DNA of 64,000 nucleotides from an uncultured Verrucomicrobiae bacterium (GCA_963762565.1 CAVXLD010000010.1:256001-320000), one strand, 5' to 3'. Shown: positions 20,016 to 30,677, numbered from the stretch's first letter. Notes: generated by a model from the letters alone, not told the origin. Made by a program: numbers and translations.

Positions 20016-21281
20016 ATGTCTAAGAAACTACTCTGGTTAGGATTACTGGCGCTAAGCACCTTCGGCGCCAATCACGTTCAAGGAAAGACCCAACTCATTA
20101 TTGAGAGCTGGCGTAGCGACGATCTTAAGATCTGGCGAGATACGATTATCCCTGCATTTACTAAGCAGCACCCCGATATCGAGGTCGTCTATTCGCCCAC
20201 TCCCCCAACAGAATATAACGCGGTTCTAGATTCAAAACTCAAGGCAGGAACTGCCGGCGATTTGATCGCCTGCCGGCCGTTCGACAAATCGCTGGATATG
20301 TATAACGCTAGCCAACTCGTTGCGCTCAATGATCTGCCGGGCATGGACAATTACTCGAAATTCGCCTTGGCTGCTTGGTCGACCGACAACGGCAAAACTT
20401 CTTTCGCCGTGCCGATGGCATCCGTGATCCACGGGTTTATCTATAACAAAGCAATTTTTAAGGAACTCGCCTTGAGTATCCCCAAGACAGAAAAAGAATT
20501 TCTAGCCGTCTTGGACAAAATTAAGGCTAATGGCAAATACAGCCCGCTGGTGATGGGAACCAAGGATCAGTGGGAATCCGCCACCATGGGCTACCAAAAC
20601 ATCGGACCCACGTTGTGGGACGGTGAAACCGGCCGCAAAGCCTTGATCGATGGTTCCGCCCAATACAACAAAGGCGGCTTTTTGGCAGCGTTCGAAGCCT
20701 TGGCCAAATGGAAGCCTTACCTGGCGCCCGGATATCAAGCTTTAGCCTACTCGGATGCGCAGAATCTATTCGCTCAAGGCCGTGGAGCTATCTATCCGGC
20801 GGGCTCGTGGGATATTGCTGTGTTCCGCCAGATGAATCCAAAATTGGATTTTGGCGCCTTCAAACCGTACTCGTTCGAAGGGAAGAGTGAGGTCGTGGTT
20901 GATCAACAACCTGACATCGCCTTAGGGCTGAATGCAGCCAGCAAAAACAAAGAGGCGGCCCGCACCTTCCTAGCCTGGGTGGCGACACCGGAATTTGCCG
21001 AACTATATGGCAACGCTTTGCCCGGATTCTTTCCGTTGGCCAACGGCACCTACACCCCCAAAGATCCTGTCGCTCAGGAATTCGCCAGTTGGCTTAAAGA
21101 GGGTCCAACTTCGTTCCGATGCTCGTACCAGATCCTCTCTCGCAATGCCAATCCGAACAACGAAAACGATCTTTGGAATGCATGTGCTCAGGTGTTAAAC
21201 GGCACTTATACTCCGCAACAAGCCGCGGATTTCGTACAGAAGGATCTAGCTTCCTGGTACAAACCACAGCAAGCGCGGTAA
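20016..21281 (+). CDS. Carbohydrate ABC transporter substrate-binding protein
   Basis: Signal peptide MSKKLLWLG, ESWRSDD, FIYNK, AIYPAGSWD. The ORF-track extension upstream runs through the repeat. Confidence 0.9.
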   Translation: MSKKLLWLGLLALSTFGANHVQGKTQLIIESWRSDDLKIWRDTIIPAFTKQHPDIEVVYSPTPPTEYNAVLDSKLKAGTAGDLIACRPFDKSLDMYNASQLVALNDLPGMDNYSKFALAAWSTDNGKTSFAVPMASVIHGFIYNKAIFKELALSIPKTEKEFLAVLDKIKANGKYSPLVMGTKDQWESATMGYQNIGPTLWDGETGRKALIDGSAQYNKGGFLAAFEALAKWKPYLAPGYQALAYSDAQNLFAQGRGAIYPAGSWDIAVFRQMNPKLDFGAFKPYSFEGKSEVVVDQQPDIALGLNAASKNKEAARTFLAWVATPEFAELYGNALPGFFPLANGTYTPKDPVAQEFASWLKEGPTSFRCSYQILSRNANPNNENDLWNACAQVLNGTYTPQQAADFVQKDLASWYKPQQAR

Positions 21282-21284
21282 TAG

Positions 21285-21486
21285 CGAAACGGCGCACGGG
21301 CGAAACGGCGAGCGGGCGAGTCGGAGCCTTGCTGGTAGGGCGAGGCTCCGGAACGACCTGAACATTTTCGCGAAGATCAATCGCTCGACCCAATCGATCA
21401 ATGAGTTACGCCGAAATGCCGCCGAGCCGTCACCGAGCGCGTGCCATTGTTTCGCCGTTTCGCCCACTCGCCCATTCGCCGTTTCG
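21285..21486. repeat. Inverted CGAAACGG-type arrays enclosing half of a family A element (21334-21430)
   Basis: cgaaacggcg ... cgccgtttcg ends, with GGTAGGGCGAGGCTCCGGAA and GCCGAGCCGT inside. Confidence 0.8.
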
Positions 21487-21514
21487 AGAACTCATGCTGG
21501 CTAAGTAATACATA

Positions 21515-22450
21515 GTGCTCTCCAATCTCATGCGGAAACGCGGCTCTTTCCCTACCCACATCTTGGTTTTTCTGGGACCGGCGGTGTTGATCTATACCGC
21601 GTTCATGATTTATCCGCTCATTGACTCGCTTTGGCTGTCACTGAATAACAAGGCGGCCGGCGGCGGGCAGATCTTTGTCGGTATCCAGAACTATCTGACT
21701 CTGTTCAGCCAAGAAAAATGGTCGCATCCGTTTTTGAATGCGCTCCGGAACAACGCCCTATTTTTCGTCATTCACATGGTGGCGCAAAATCCCATTGGCC
21801 TGTTTCTGGCTGTGCTTCTAGCCAGACGAATCCGGGGAAGCGCTATTTATCGAACGATGATCTTTACTCCAACCATTCTCTCCGTGGTCATCGTCGGTTT
21901 TGTCTGGAAATTGATTTTAAATCCGGCTTGGGGCATCTCCCGAACAATGTTGGGTGCTGTCGGTTTGAGCGGCTTGGGAGACACCCCTTGGTTAGGCTTA
22001 GAGTCCACTACGTTAACCACTCTATCCCTGATCTCAGTCTGGCAGAACGTCGGAATCCCGATGATGCTGTTTCTGGCGGCGCTTATCCGAGTCCCGGATG
22101 ATCTGATGGAAGCAGCCCGAGTCGATGGGGCCGGCGGTTGGAAGATCTTTTGGCGAATCCAGTTTCCCTTGATTTTACCAACAGTCGGAATCGTCGCCGT
22201 GCTGACCTTTGTCGGAAACTTTAATGCCTTCGATTTAATCTACGCCACGCAAGGAGCGCTAGCCCCTCCGAACTTTGCCTCGGACATCCTAGGCACCTTT
22301 TTCTATCGGACCTTCTTCGGTTACCAATTACAGCCGGCTGACCCGTTTATGGGCGCCACCGTTGCCGGCATGATGCTGCTCATCATTCTGGTCGGGGTAC
22401 TGATTTACCTGTTTGGCTGGCAACGCCGTCTGCAACAAATCCAGTTTTAG
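21515..22450 (+). CDS. Carbohydrate ABC transporter permease
   Basis: Transmembrane segments and the EAARVDGA motif. Confidence 0.92.
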   Translation: MLSNLMRKRGSFPTHILVFLGPAVLIYTAFMIYPLIDSLWLSLNNKAAGGGQIFVGIQNYLTLFSQEKWSHPFLNALRNNALFFVIHMVAQNPIGLFLAVLLARRIRGSAIYRTMIFTPTILSVVIVGFVWKLILNPAWGISRTMLGAVGLSGLGDTPWLGLESTTLTTLSLISVWQNVGIPMMLFLAALIRVPDDLMEAARVDGAGGWKIFWRIQFPLILPTVGIVAVLTFVGNFNAFDLIYATQGALAPPNFASDILGTFFYRTFFGYQLQPADPFMGATVAGMMLLIILVGVLIYLFGWQRRLQQIQF

Positions 22451-22460
22451 ATCAACCATC

Positions 22461-23288
22461 GTGCAATCGAAGTTTTGGCCAACCGTCGGGACGCATGCCG
22501 CGCTGCTTGCCTACTCAGCACTAGCGCTGTTCCCGGTCTTGTTGATCATGATGAACTCGTTCAAAGATCGGCTATCGATCTTTGGCGCCCCATTTGCCTT
22601 TCCTACACCAGACACTTTTACCTTAGACGGCTATCAAACATTAGGTTCAAGCGCTCATTTTGAACTCTATTTTCTCAATAGTTTCTTCGTCACCGCAAGC
22701 TCGCTGTTATTGATCCTGATTGTCAGCTCGATGGCTGCGTTCGCGCTCGCCGAGTACAAGTTCAGGTTCAACCTGATGACCTCTCTCTACCTCTCGATCG
22801 GGATCATGGTGCCGATCCGCTTAGGCACCGTGGGTATTCTCCAGCTGATCGTCTTCCTGCATCTGGTTAACACTCTTTGGTGTCTAATCCTGATCTACAC
22901 AGCCCAAGGCATCCCGCTGGCGATTTTCGTCCTGACGACCTTCATGCGGCAGGTGCCTCGTGATCTTAAAGACGCAGCCCGGATCGATGGCGCTAGCGAA
23001 TACCGGATCTACTTGCTGATCCTGCCTTTGGTACGACCGGCTCTCGGGTCCGTCCTAGCGATTTCCATGCTGCCGATCTGGAACGATCTTTGGTTCCCAC
23101 TCATCTTGGCGCCCGGCGAAGCGACCAAGACCCTAGTCCTCGGAGCCCAAACTTTCTTGGGCGAATTCCAGAACGACTATGGCGCGGTGTTAGCAGCGCT
23201 GACTTTGGCGATCTTGCCTCCGGTCTTGCTCTACGCGATCTTCGCGCGCCAATTGATCCGCGGCATTACCGCCGGTGCGGTGAAGTGA
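22461..23288 (+). CDS. Carbohydrate ABC transporter permease
   Basis: DAARIDGAS, WNDLWFPL, GITAGAVK. Confidence 0.92.
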   Translation: MQSKFWPTVGTHAALLAYSALALFPVLLIMMNSFKDRLSIFGAPFAFPTPDTFTLDGYQTLGSSAHFELYFLNSFFVTASSLLLILIVSSMAAFALAEYKFRFNLMTSLYLSIGIMVPIRLGTVGILQLIVFLHLVNTLWCLILIYTAQGIPLAIFVLTTFMRQVPRDLKDAARIDGASEYRIYLLILPLVRPALGSVLAISMLPIWNDLWFPLILAPGEATKTLVLGAQTFLGEFQNDYGAVLAALTLAILPPVLLYAIFARQLIRGITAGAVK

Positions 23289-23298
23289 GGACGTGAAA

Positions 23299-23481
23299 GG
23301 TGATTAGTGATTGGTGATTGGATGGCAGCGGCGGTCGAATTGAATTTAGGCCCAGCACGGGGAGGGATCGCGTCCTCGCGATCCGTTTTCTACGAAGCCG
23401 GGCACGTGCTGTAACCGCGGACGAAATTACGCCTTTGGGTTCTGGCACGTCCTCGCAGCGCGCGGGGACGCGCGCCCTCCC
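23299..23481. repeat. GGTGATT heptamer run plus a family C element (23360-23481, 122 bp)
   Basis: Reverse-orientation homolog of 15372-15493 that aligns without gaps. Confidence 0.87.
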
Positions 23482-23555
23482 GGCTTGCCGTGCCGGAATC
23501 ACGCGACTCCCAGTATTGACGTTTATCGCCAACGAGCGCATGAGAGATACCGGCT

Positions 23556-24530
23556 ATGCGCGTAGGAATAATCGGTACCGGAACCATGGGCGAAGTGCAT
23601 GCTGCGGCCTGGCAATCCGCAGGCGCGGAGTTGACTGGTTGTTTCTCATCAAATCCGGCACAGGCGGAAGAGTTCGCAAAGCGTTACCAAACCCAGGCCT
23701 TTGCCAGCTACTCTGAACTCCTCAACAGCGCAGACATTATAGACGTTTGTACGCCGACTACGCTACATAAACCAATGGTGTTAGCCGCGGCTAAAGCCGG
23801 CAAACACGTGGTCTGTGAGAAACCGATCGCTCTCACCATTGGAGACGCGCAAGCCATGATCGACGCCTGCCGAGGCGTCCGCTTTTTTGTCGGCATGGTG
23901 CTGCGTTTTTTTCCACAATATCGGGCGGCTAAAGAGTCTGTGGTGGCGGGGCGGATTGGTAAGCCTGCTGTTCTGCGACTCAAGCGGGTTAGTTACGTAC
24001 CGCAAAAACCGCCAGACGACTGGTACTTCAACGAAGCAATCTCCGGCGGAATGGTCATAGACCTCATGATTCATGATTTCGACTATGTCCGATGGCTAGC
24101 TGGTGAGGTCGAACGCGTTTATGCGTTAAGGAGTTCAACTGCGGAAGGGCCTCGCCAGTATGTGCAAGCCATTCTCCGGATGCGAAGCGGCGCGATCGCT
24201 CTGATTGAGGGGGGGTGGGCAAACCCACCCGGGGTTTTTCGAACTTCGCTCGATCTGTCGGGTACGGAGGGTTTGATCGAATGGAGCTCCGATGAGCCGT
24301 CTCCCCTGCTTACCTTGTTTCCGCCAAAACCGGGAGAGACCGCTTCGGTTGGCTTGCCAATAGCCGGTTTAACTGATGACCCTTATACGGCGGAACTCCG
24401 GCATGCGTATCACTGCATCCAAAGCGGTGCTCCGTTCGAGGTCACCGCTGAAGACGCTCTGGAAGCACTCCGGATTGGTTTGGCGGTCAAGGAATCGCTG
24501 ACGAAAGGCAAGCCGGCTAGGTTAGTATGA
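23556..24530 (+). CDS. Gfo/Idh/MocA oxidoreductase
   Basis: IIGTGTMG, CEKP, DLMIHDFD. Confidence 0.92.
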   Translation: MRVGIIGTGTMGEVHAAAWQSAGAELTGCFSSNPAQAEEFAKRYQTQAFASYSELLNSADIIDVCTPTTLHKPMVLAAAKAGKHVVCEKPIALTIGDAQAMIDACRGVRFFVGMVLRFFPQYRAAKESVVAGRIGKPAVLRLKRVSYVPQKPPDDWYFNEAISGGMVIDLMIHDFDYVRWLAGEVERVYALRSSTAEGPRQYVQAILRMRSGAIALIEGGWANPPGVFRTSLDLSGTEGLIEWSSDEPSPLLTLFPPKPGETASVGLPIAGLTDDPYTAELRHAYHCIQSGAPFEVTAEDALEALRIGLAVKESLTKGKPARLV

Positions 24531-24563
24531 GCCTATAGAGTGCTGAACCAGTTTCCTAACCCT

Positions 24564-25589
24564 ATGCGTATCGGTATTCTCAGTATTGCCCATCTTCACG
24601 CGGAAGGATACCAGGCGAATCTAAGAGCGATTCCGGGCGTCGAACTGGTCGGGTTCTCGCATGAAAATTCTGGGGAAGGCCAAGCATTCAGCCAGAAGTT
24701 TAACGTGTCCTGGTTCCCGACCCATCGGGAGCTGTTAGCTCAAGAGTTAGACGGAGTGGTGATTTGCTCCGAGAACGCGCATCATCGCCAACTAGTGGAG
24801 TTAGCCGCGGAAGCCGGTTGCCAGATCCTTTGCGAGAAACCGATCGAGACCAATCTCGGGGACGCAGAAGCGATGAAAACAGCCTGCGAGAAATACGGGG
24901 TACAATTCATGACGGCGTTCCCCATGCGTTTTGCTCCATCCACCCAGGCTGTGCGGACCATGATCCAGCAGGGCGAATTAGGAAGCGTCTTCGGAGTGAA
25001 TGGCACCAATCACAGCGAAAATCCGAGCCGCCATCGCGCGTGGTTTGCTAACAAAGACCTGGCCGGAGGCGGAGCTGCCATGGACCACATCGTACACTTA
25101 GCGGATCTGTTACGTTGGTCTTTCCAGGCCGAAATAGTGGAGGTCTACGCGGAGCTGGATAACCTGTTTCGAGCGGGCGACCAGCAAGTGGACACCGCCG
25201 GATTGCTCCTGGTCAAACTCTCTAATGCTGTGCAAGCCAGCATCGACTGCAGTTGGAGTCGTCCGACTTCGTACCCGCGTTGGGGTCACCTGAAAATGGA
25301 GGTAATCGGCGAGCGAGGCGTCGCGGTTATGGATAGTTTCGCCCAGCATCTGACGCTGTATTCGAAGGGCGCCGGACGAAATCCCGATTGGGTCGGCTTC
25401 GGTCCCGATCCGAACCAACCAATGATTCGGGAGTTCGTAGATTCAATTCGAGAGCAACGAGAACCGTCTGTAACCTGGAACGATGGTTACCAAGCGCTAC
25501 GCGTCGTCTTAGCAGCGTACGAGTCAGCGCAGAGCAACCAGCCAGTCGGACTCGCCTTAGGCTCGTCCGAAATAGCAAATAGCAAATAG
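24564..25589 (+). CDS. Gfo/Idh/MocA oxidoreductase
   Basis: CEKP and GGGAAMDHIVH. The C-terminus and stop are encoded by the downstream repeat. Confidence 0.9.
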   Translation: MRIGILSIAHLHAEGYQANLRAIPGVELVGFSHENSGEGQAFSQKFNVSWFPTHRELLAQELDGVVICSENAHHRQLVELAAEAGCQILCEKPIETNLGDAEAMKTACEKYGVQFMTAFPMRFAPSTQAVRTMIQQGELGSVFGVNGTNHSENPSRHRAWFANKDLAGGGAAMDHIVHLADLLRWSFQAEIVEVYAELDNLFRAGDQQVDTAGLLLVKLSNAVQASIDCSWSRPTSYPRWGHLKMEVIGERGVAVMDSFAQHLTLYSKGAGRNPDWVGFGPDPNQPMIREFVDSIREQREPSVTWNDGYQALRVVLAAYESAQSNQPVGLALGSSEIANSK

Positions 25590-25810
25590 CAGATAGCAAA
25601 TAAAGGGCTGCGCCCTTCTACCCGTCTCGCGGGCGCTGCTTCGTCGCTCCGCTTCCTGCCAGACAGGCAAATCTTCAAATCGCCGATACCCAGCCGCATT
25701 AGATACACGTTTTTTAGAGTTACACTATTCCCAACGTGTTCCCGTCAAGCCCAGCGTCCAATTTGCTATCTGCTATTTGCTATTCCGGACGAGCCTAAGG
25801 CGAGTCCGGC
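25545..25810. repeat. MITE-like palindrome with ~50 bp inverted arms including AATAGCA heptamers
   Basis: cggactcgccttaggctcgtccgaaatagcaaatagc ... gctatttgctattccggacgagcctaaggcgagtccg. Confidence 0.85.
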
Positions 25811-27406
25811 CTACTCCAAGAACGGCTTCTGAGGCGGCGGTCCCCCTCTACCTTTCTTTACCTCCACATCTGACCGGTTCCACCAGCCGCCACCTAAGGC
25901 CTGGAACAGTGCTGCTGTATCCGCATAGCGATTCGCTTTGGCCACCACCAAATTAGTGAGCGCCTGGTAATACGCCTGCTCCGCGGTCAGTAAAGAAAGA
26001 TAAGCGATCGCGCCGGCTTGCAGTTGTTTTCGGGTGATATCCAAGGTCGTAGTGGCCGCTTGTTCGGCATACGCGGCTGTCTTAACCGCTTCCGCATCGG
26101 ATTGGATGGCGCGAAGCGAGTCGGCTACATTTTGGAATGCAGTGATAACCGTACTTTTGTACTGGGCCGCTGCTTGATCATAATTGGCTCGAGCGGCCCG
26201 CGTCCGGTGGAGCAGCGTGCCACCTTCGAAGATGGGCTGAGTCAGACTGGCGGCGAGCGTAAAGTAGCCCGTGCCGGGAGCAAAGAGTTGGGCAAATTCA
26301 AGCGCCTGGCTTCCGCCGTTGCCGCTCAAGTTGATATTCGGAAGCATGTTAGCGACAGCAACACCAATTTGAGCGCACGCGGAATGGAGCTGCTCCTCCG
26401 CAGCACGCACATCAGGTCGTTGGTCAACTAATTTCGATGGCAGGCTAACGGGTAGATCCTGGGGAAGCCGCAGAGCGTCGAGAGTAAACTTTTGCCAAAC
26501 CCCTTCGCCGGGGAAACGACCTGCCAATGCGGCAAGTAAGTCGCGTTGCTGGGCCAACTGTTTCTCTAGCGGAGGCAAAGTCGCCTGCACCTGAGCTAAA
26601 GCGGTTTCCTGGGTGGCCACATCCGCACCGGCGATTTGACCCAGCGTCAATTGCTTTCGCATGATGTCTAGGGCGTCGGTCGCGACCCGGATCGTTTCCT
26701 CGATCGCTTCGATTTCGCCCCGCAGCGCAGCCTCTGTGATTGCTGCAGTAACGACGTTCGAAGTTAAAGTCAGGTAAGTCGCTTCGAGCTGGTAGCGCTG
26801 GTTATCCGCTTGCGCTTGCAATGATTCCACTGTGCGCCGATTCAAGCCGAACACATCCGGAGTGTAAGAAACGCTGAGCGCCGTTGTATACAGGCTGTAG
26901 TAAGGGTTCCCCGTGTTGGCCACAGGCGTGATCGTGCTGGTCGCAGTCTTGTTTCGGCTTGGGGTAAAGTTAGCCGAAAGACTTGGGTAATAGGAGCCTT
27001 TTTGCGCCAGTACATTTTCCTGAGCGGCGCGCAGAGCGGCCTGGGCTGCCTCCAAACTCGGGTTGTCTTTTAACGCCTCGTCAACTAACTCATCCAGCGC
27101 TTCAGAATGGAAGACTCTCCACCATTGTCCCGGGATATCCAAACCTGCCACGAAGCGCTGCGATTCACCGGCTGAAACTTTGGCGCCGGTGGTTCGGCCT
27201 GCTAATCGTTCCGGCGTATAACCGTTAACTTGCGGCGCCGTTGGCCGATAGAAATTTGGTCCTACGGCGCAACCGGCCAGTATGGCTGTGAGGGCAAGCG
27301 GAAAAATTGATGCTAGCCCAAGGCTAAATCGTCCTCGTGCTCGTGCTCGTCCTCGTCCTCGAGAGAGTGTGTTGTCCCTAATGTTGTGGAATAAGGCTCG
27401 ACTCAT
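25811..27406 (-). CDS. RND efflux outer membrane lipoprotein (NodT/OprM family)
   Basis: LAGC lipobox, AVGPNF, WW..F, RPDVRAAE, LFQALGGGW. Confidence 0.92.
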   Translation of the reverse strand: MSRALFHNIRDNTLSRGRGRARARGRFSLGLASIFPLALTAILAGCAVGPNFYRPTAPQVNGYTPERLAGRTTGAKVSAGESQRFVAGLDIPGQWWRVFHSEALDELVDEALKDNPSLEAAQAALRAAQENVLAQKGSYYPSLSANFTPSRNKTATSTITPVANTGNPYYSLYTTALSVSYTPDVFGLNRRTVESLQAQADNQRYQLEATYLTLTSNVVTAAITEAALRGEIEAIEETIRVATDALDIMRKQLTLGQIAGADVATQETALAQVQATLPPLEKQLAQQRDLLAALAGRFPGEGVWQKFTLDALRLPQDLPVSLPSKLVDQRPDVRAAEEQLHSACAQIGVAVANMLPNINLSGNGGSQALEFAQLFAPGTGYFTLAASLTQPIFEGGTLLHRTRAARANYDQAAAQYKSTVITAFQNVADSLRAIQSDAEAVKTAAYAEQAATTTLDITRKQLQAGAIAYLSLLTAEQAYYQALTNLVVAKANRYADTAALFQALGGGWWNRSDVEVKKGRGGPPPQKPFLE

Positions 27407-27477
27407 TTCGGAGAAGCGTTTCAGTCATTGACGCTCCATGAGTGCTGGTCCTTTTCGAGCACAAGCACGAGCACGAG
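27328..27477. repeat. Family F hexamer palindrome (CTCGTC/CTCGTG)n ... (GAGCAC)n
   Basis: tcgtcctcgtgctcgtgctcgtcctcgtcctcga / tcgagcacaagcacgagcacga. Confidence 0.8.
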
Positions 27478-27503
27478 ATGATCAAGAGTTATTCGCATCG
27501 GGA

Positions 27504-30500
27504 TTACTTTACCGCCGCCAGCTCTGGCACTTCCTTCCTCTCTGTTCGCCGGCCACGACGGGAGAAGATATCAATTAGAACCGGGAGGATGATAAGAATG
27601 AGAATGGGCGCCAACGTAATTCCGCCCACGACCACCAGAGCGAGTGGCTTTTGTACTTGAGAACCGATACCGGTCGAAATCGCAGCCGGCAGCAAACCAA
27701 CACAGGCAGCCACACAGGTCATCATAATCGGCCGCAATTGAACCTGGCAGGCACGCAACAAGGCCTCTTCTCTATCGAGGTCGCTTGAAGCTAACAAATT
27801 AAACGATGAAATCACGATAATGCCTCCCATGACGGAAATGCCAAACAGAGCAATGAAACCGATCGCGGCAGATACGCTAAACGGGGTCCCAGTAATCGCC
27901 AGAGTGAAAACACCTCCAATCAATGCCAAGGGCATCACACTGGCAGCCAAAAATGTATCCACAACCGAGGAGAAGTTGACCCAAAGTAAAAGCACAATGA
28001 GCACAAGGCTGATCATCGTAGCCACGCTGAGCCGGCTAATGGCTTCTTGTAGTTCTCCAAATTCGCCAGCCCACTCCAGGCGGGAACCCGCCGGCAGATG
28101 AACCTTCTCAGCCATCTTCTGTTGAGCTTCTAGGATTGCGCCGCCCAAATCACGGCCACGAACGCCGAACCGGATCGGGATATAGCGTTCCTGATTTTCA
28201 CGGTAAATAAACGAGTAACTCGGTACCATCTTTACGGTCGCGACCGCGCTCAACGGGATCTGAATAGTGCCGGAAGCCGTGGAAACTCCGATCGGAATAT
28301 TTCGCATCGCTTCGAGGCTTTGCCGGTACTCCGGCGCAAGGCGAACCACGATGGGGAAATTGCGATCGCTGCCATACTCGTAGGCATTGCCGGCCGCCTG
28401 TCCGCCGATAGCCGTCTGAACCACCGCATTAATATCGCCGGGTGCTAAGCCGTACCGCGCAGCTTTGACTCGGTCGACATCGATGTTGATCGTCGGCTGG
28501 CCAAAGGCGTCGAATACGGAAAGATCAGTAACCCCAGAAACTCCATCCATTACATCCTTGATCTGATAGGCAGTCTTCTGCAGAGCTTCCAGATCGTTGC
28601 CGTAGAGCTTGATCGAGTTCTCTCCTTTTACTCCGGACGCGGCTTCCTCGACATTGTCCTCGATATTTTGCGAAAACTCGAGATCGACCCCTGGAAACGG
28701 CTCGGAGAGCGCGGTATTCAGTTGCTGGGTGAGCTTCTCTTTGTCCAAACCCGCGGGCCATGAATCGAACGGCTTAAGCGGAACAAACATCTCAAGATTA
28801 AAGAAACCCGTGGTATCCGTGCCGTCATCAGGCCGGCCGAGCTGAGATACGACCGTTATAACCTCAGGAAAGCTCTTTACTATCTGGCGCATCCGGTTGG
28901 CGTAACCTTGGCCTTCTTCGAGTGAGACCGTCGGAGGGAAAGTCGCGCGGATCCAGAAGTTACCTTCCTCAAGCTTCGGCAGAAACTCCAACCCGAGCGA
29001 CCGTCCGGCGATTAAGGCCGCGATAACCAAAACCGCGGCTCCGCCAATCGCCAAGATCCGGTTGGCTAACATAAATTTTAAAAGCGGCGTGTACACTCGC
29101 CGTATGAGCCGAACCGGGATGGTTTCCTTCTCTTCGACCTTTTCGGGAAGTAACAGAGCGCTCATAGCGGGGGTCACCGTAAATGTTGCGATCAACCCAC
29201 CGGCAATCGCATAAGCATAGGTCCTCGCCATCGGCCCAAAGATGTGACCCTCAACGCCGGCTAAAGTAAATAAGGGAACAAACCCCGCGATAATAATCGC
29301 GGCGGAGAAGAAAATCGGCTGGTTAACCTCCATGGCCGAATTGGCGATCACCGAAAATCGGCCACGCAACTCCATCGGCACGCGAGATTGAGTCCTGACA
29401 TTCGAATGAGCAAAACGTTCTTCCGGCTTTTGGGAGAGGTGGCGGTAGATGTTTTCCATCATGATGACCGTCGCATCGACGATCAAACCGAAATCAATTG
29501 CGCCGACGGAGAGCAGGTTGGCCGATTCGCCTCGGACCAACATGATGATAATTGCAAAAAATAACGCGAAGGGAATGGTTAGCGCAACAATCACCGCGCT
29601 GCGCAGATTGCCGATGAAGATCCATTGGACAAGAAAGATCAGCACAATTCCGACAACCAGGTTATGGAGTACCGTGTGCGTCGTGACGGCGATGAGCTCG
29701 CTGCGATCATAGATCTTTTCCAAATGGACCCCGGGCGGAAGGATCCCCGTGGTATTGATCTTGTTAACCTCCTCTTCAACTCGGTGAATGGTAGGAAGGC
29801 TTTGCTCTCCACGCCGCATTAAGACGATGCCTTGGACGATATCTTCATCCTTATCCTGACCAGCAATCCCCAGCCGAGGCTGATACCCAATCGCAACCTG
29901 GGCTACATCCTTGATCCGAATCGGTGACCCATTATTTTGGCTCACCATGGTATTCCCGATATCATCAACCGTGTGAATGAGACCAACGCCACGAACCACC
30001 GCAGTTTGCGGTCCGAAATTTACCGTCTGACCACCGACATTGATGTTGGCATTGTTTAAGGCTTGTTGGATCTGAGGAATCGTGACTCCGTAAGAGAATA
30101 ATTTTTTCTGGTCGACGATAACCTCGTAGTTTTTGGTTTTACCGCCCCAGCCGGTCACGTCCACAACTCCGGGAACCGCCTTGAAACGTCGCTCCAGGAC
30201 CCAGTCCTCAAGCGTTTTCAAATCCATCACCGAATAGCCGGGCGGACCAACCACCCGATACCGATAAATTTCACCAATCGGGCTCTCGGGTGAGATTTGA
30301 GGGACAACTCCGTTCGGCAACGGCGGCAATTGGGATAAACGGTTGATTACCCGTTGTTCCGCCTCTTCATACGTAAGATCATAAGTAAACGCGATCCGCA
30401 CATCCGAGAGTCCAAAAAGTGAAATGGTTCGGACGGAGGTGACATGAGGAATACCGGCCATCTGAATCTCGATCGGGATCGTGATGTAACGTTCGATCTC

Positions 30501-30677
30501 TTCGGCGGATTGACCGGTGCTTTGCGTTATTACTTCCACCAACGGTGGTACAGGATCCGGATAAGCTTCGATGTTGAGCTGGATGAAGCAGACGATGCCG
30601 GCGCCGAACAGCAACATCGTCAGGATCACAATGATCGTCGGCCGCTTCAGAGCGAAGTTAATGACGCTATTCATCAT
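27504..30677 (-). CDS. CusA/CzcA family heavy-metal RND permease
   Basis: IEAYPD, EEIERYIT.PIE, GAIDFGLIVD, RPIMMT, GSQVQKPLA. Confidence 0.93.
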   Translation of the reverse strand: MMNSVINFALKRPTIIVILTMLLFGAGIVCFIQLNIEAYPDPVPPLVEVITQSTGQSAEEIERYITIPIEIQMAGIPHVTSVRTISLFGLSDVRIAFTYDLTYEEAEQRVINRLSQLPPLPNGVVPQISPESPIGEIYRYRVVGPPGYSVMDLKTLEDWVLERRFKAVPGVVDVTGWGGKTKNYEVIVDQKKLFSYGVTIPQIQQALNNANINVGGQTVNFGPQTAVVRGVGLIHTVDDIGNTMVSQNNGSPIRIKDVAQVAIGYQPRLGIAGQDKDEDIVQGIVLMRRGEQSLPTIHRVEEEVNKINTTGILPPGVHLEKIYDRSELIAVTTHTVLHNLVVGIVLIFLVQWIFIGNLRSAVIVALTIPFALFFAIIIMLVRGESANLLSVGAIDFGLIVDATVIMMENIYRHLSQKPEERFAHSNVRTQSRVPMELRGRFSVIANSAMEVNQPIFFSAAIIIAGFVPLFTLAGVEGHIFGPMARTYAYAIAGGLIATFTVTPAMSALLLPEKVEEKETIPVRLIRRVYTPLLKFMLANRILAIGGAAVLVIAALIAGRSLGLEFLPKLEEGNFWIRATFPPTVSLEEGQGYANRMRQIVKSFPEVITVVSQLGRPDDGTDTTGFFNLEMFVPLKPFDSWPAGLDKEKLTQQLNTALSEPFPGVDLEFSQNIEDNVEEAASGVKGENSIKLYGNDLEALQKTAYQIKDVMDGVSGVTDLSVFDAFGQPTINIDVDRVKAARYGLAPGDINAVVQTAIGGQAAGNAYEYGSDRNFPIVVRLAPEYRQSLEAMRNIPIGVSTASGTIQIPLSAVATVKMVPSYSFIYRENQERYIPIRFGVRGRDLGGAILEAQQKMAEKVHLPAGSRLEWAGEFGELQEAISRLSVATMISLVLIVLLLWVNFSSVVDTFLAASVMPLALIGGVFTLAITGTPFSVSAAIGFIALFGISVMGGIIVISSFNLLASSDLDREEALLRACQVQLRPIMMTCVAACVGLLPAAISTGIGSQVQKPLALVVVGGITLAPILILIILPVLIDIFSRRGRRTERKEVPELAAVK

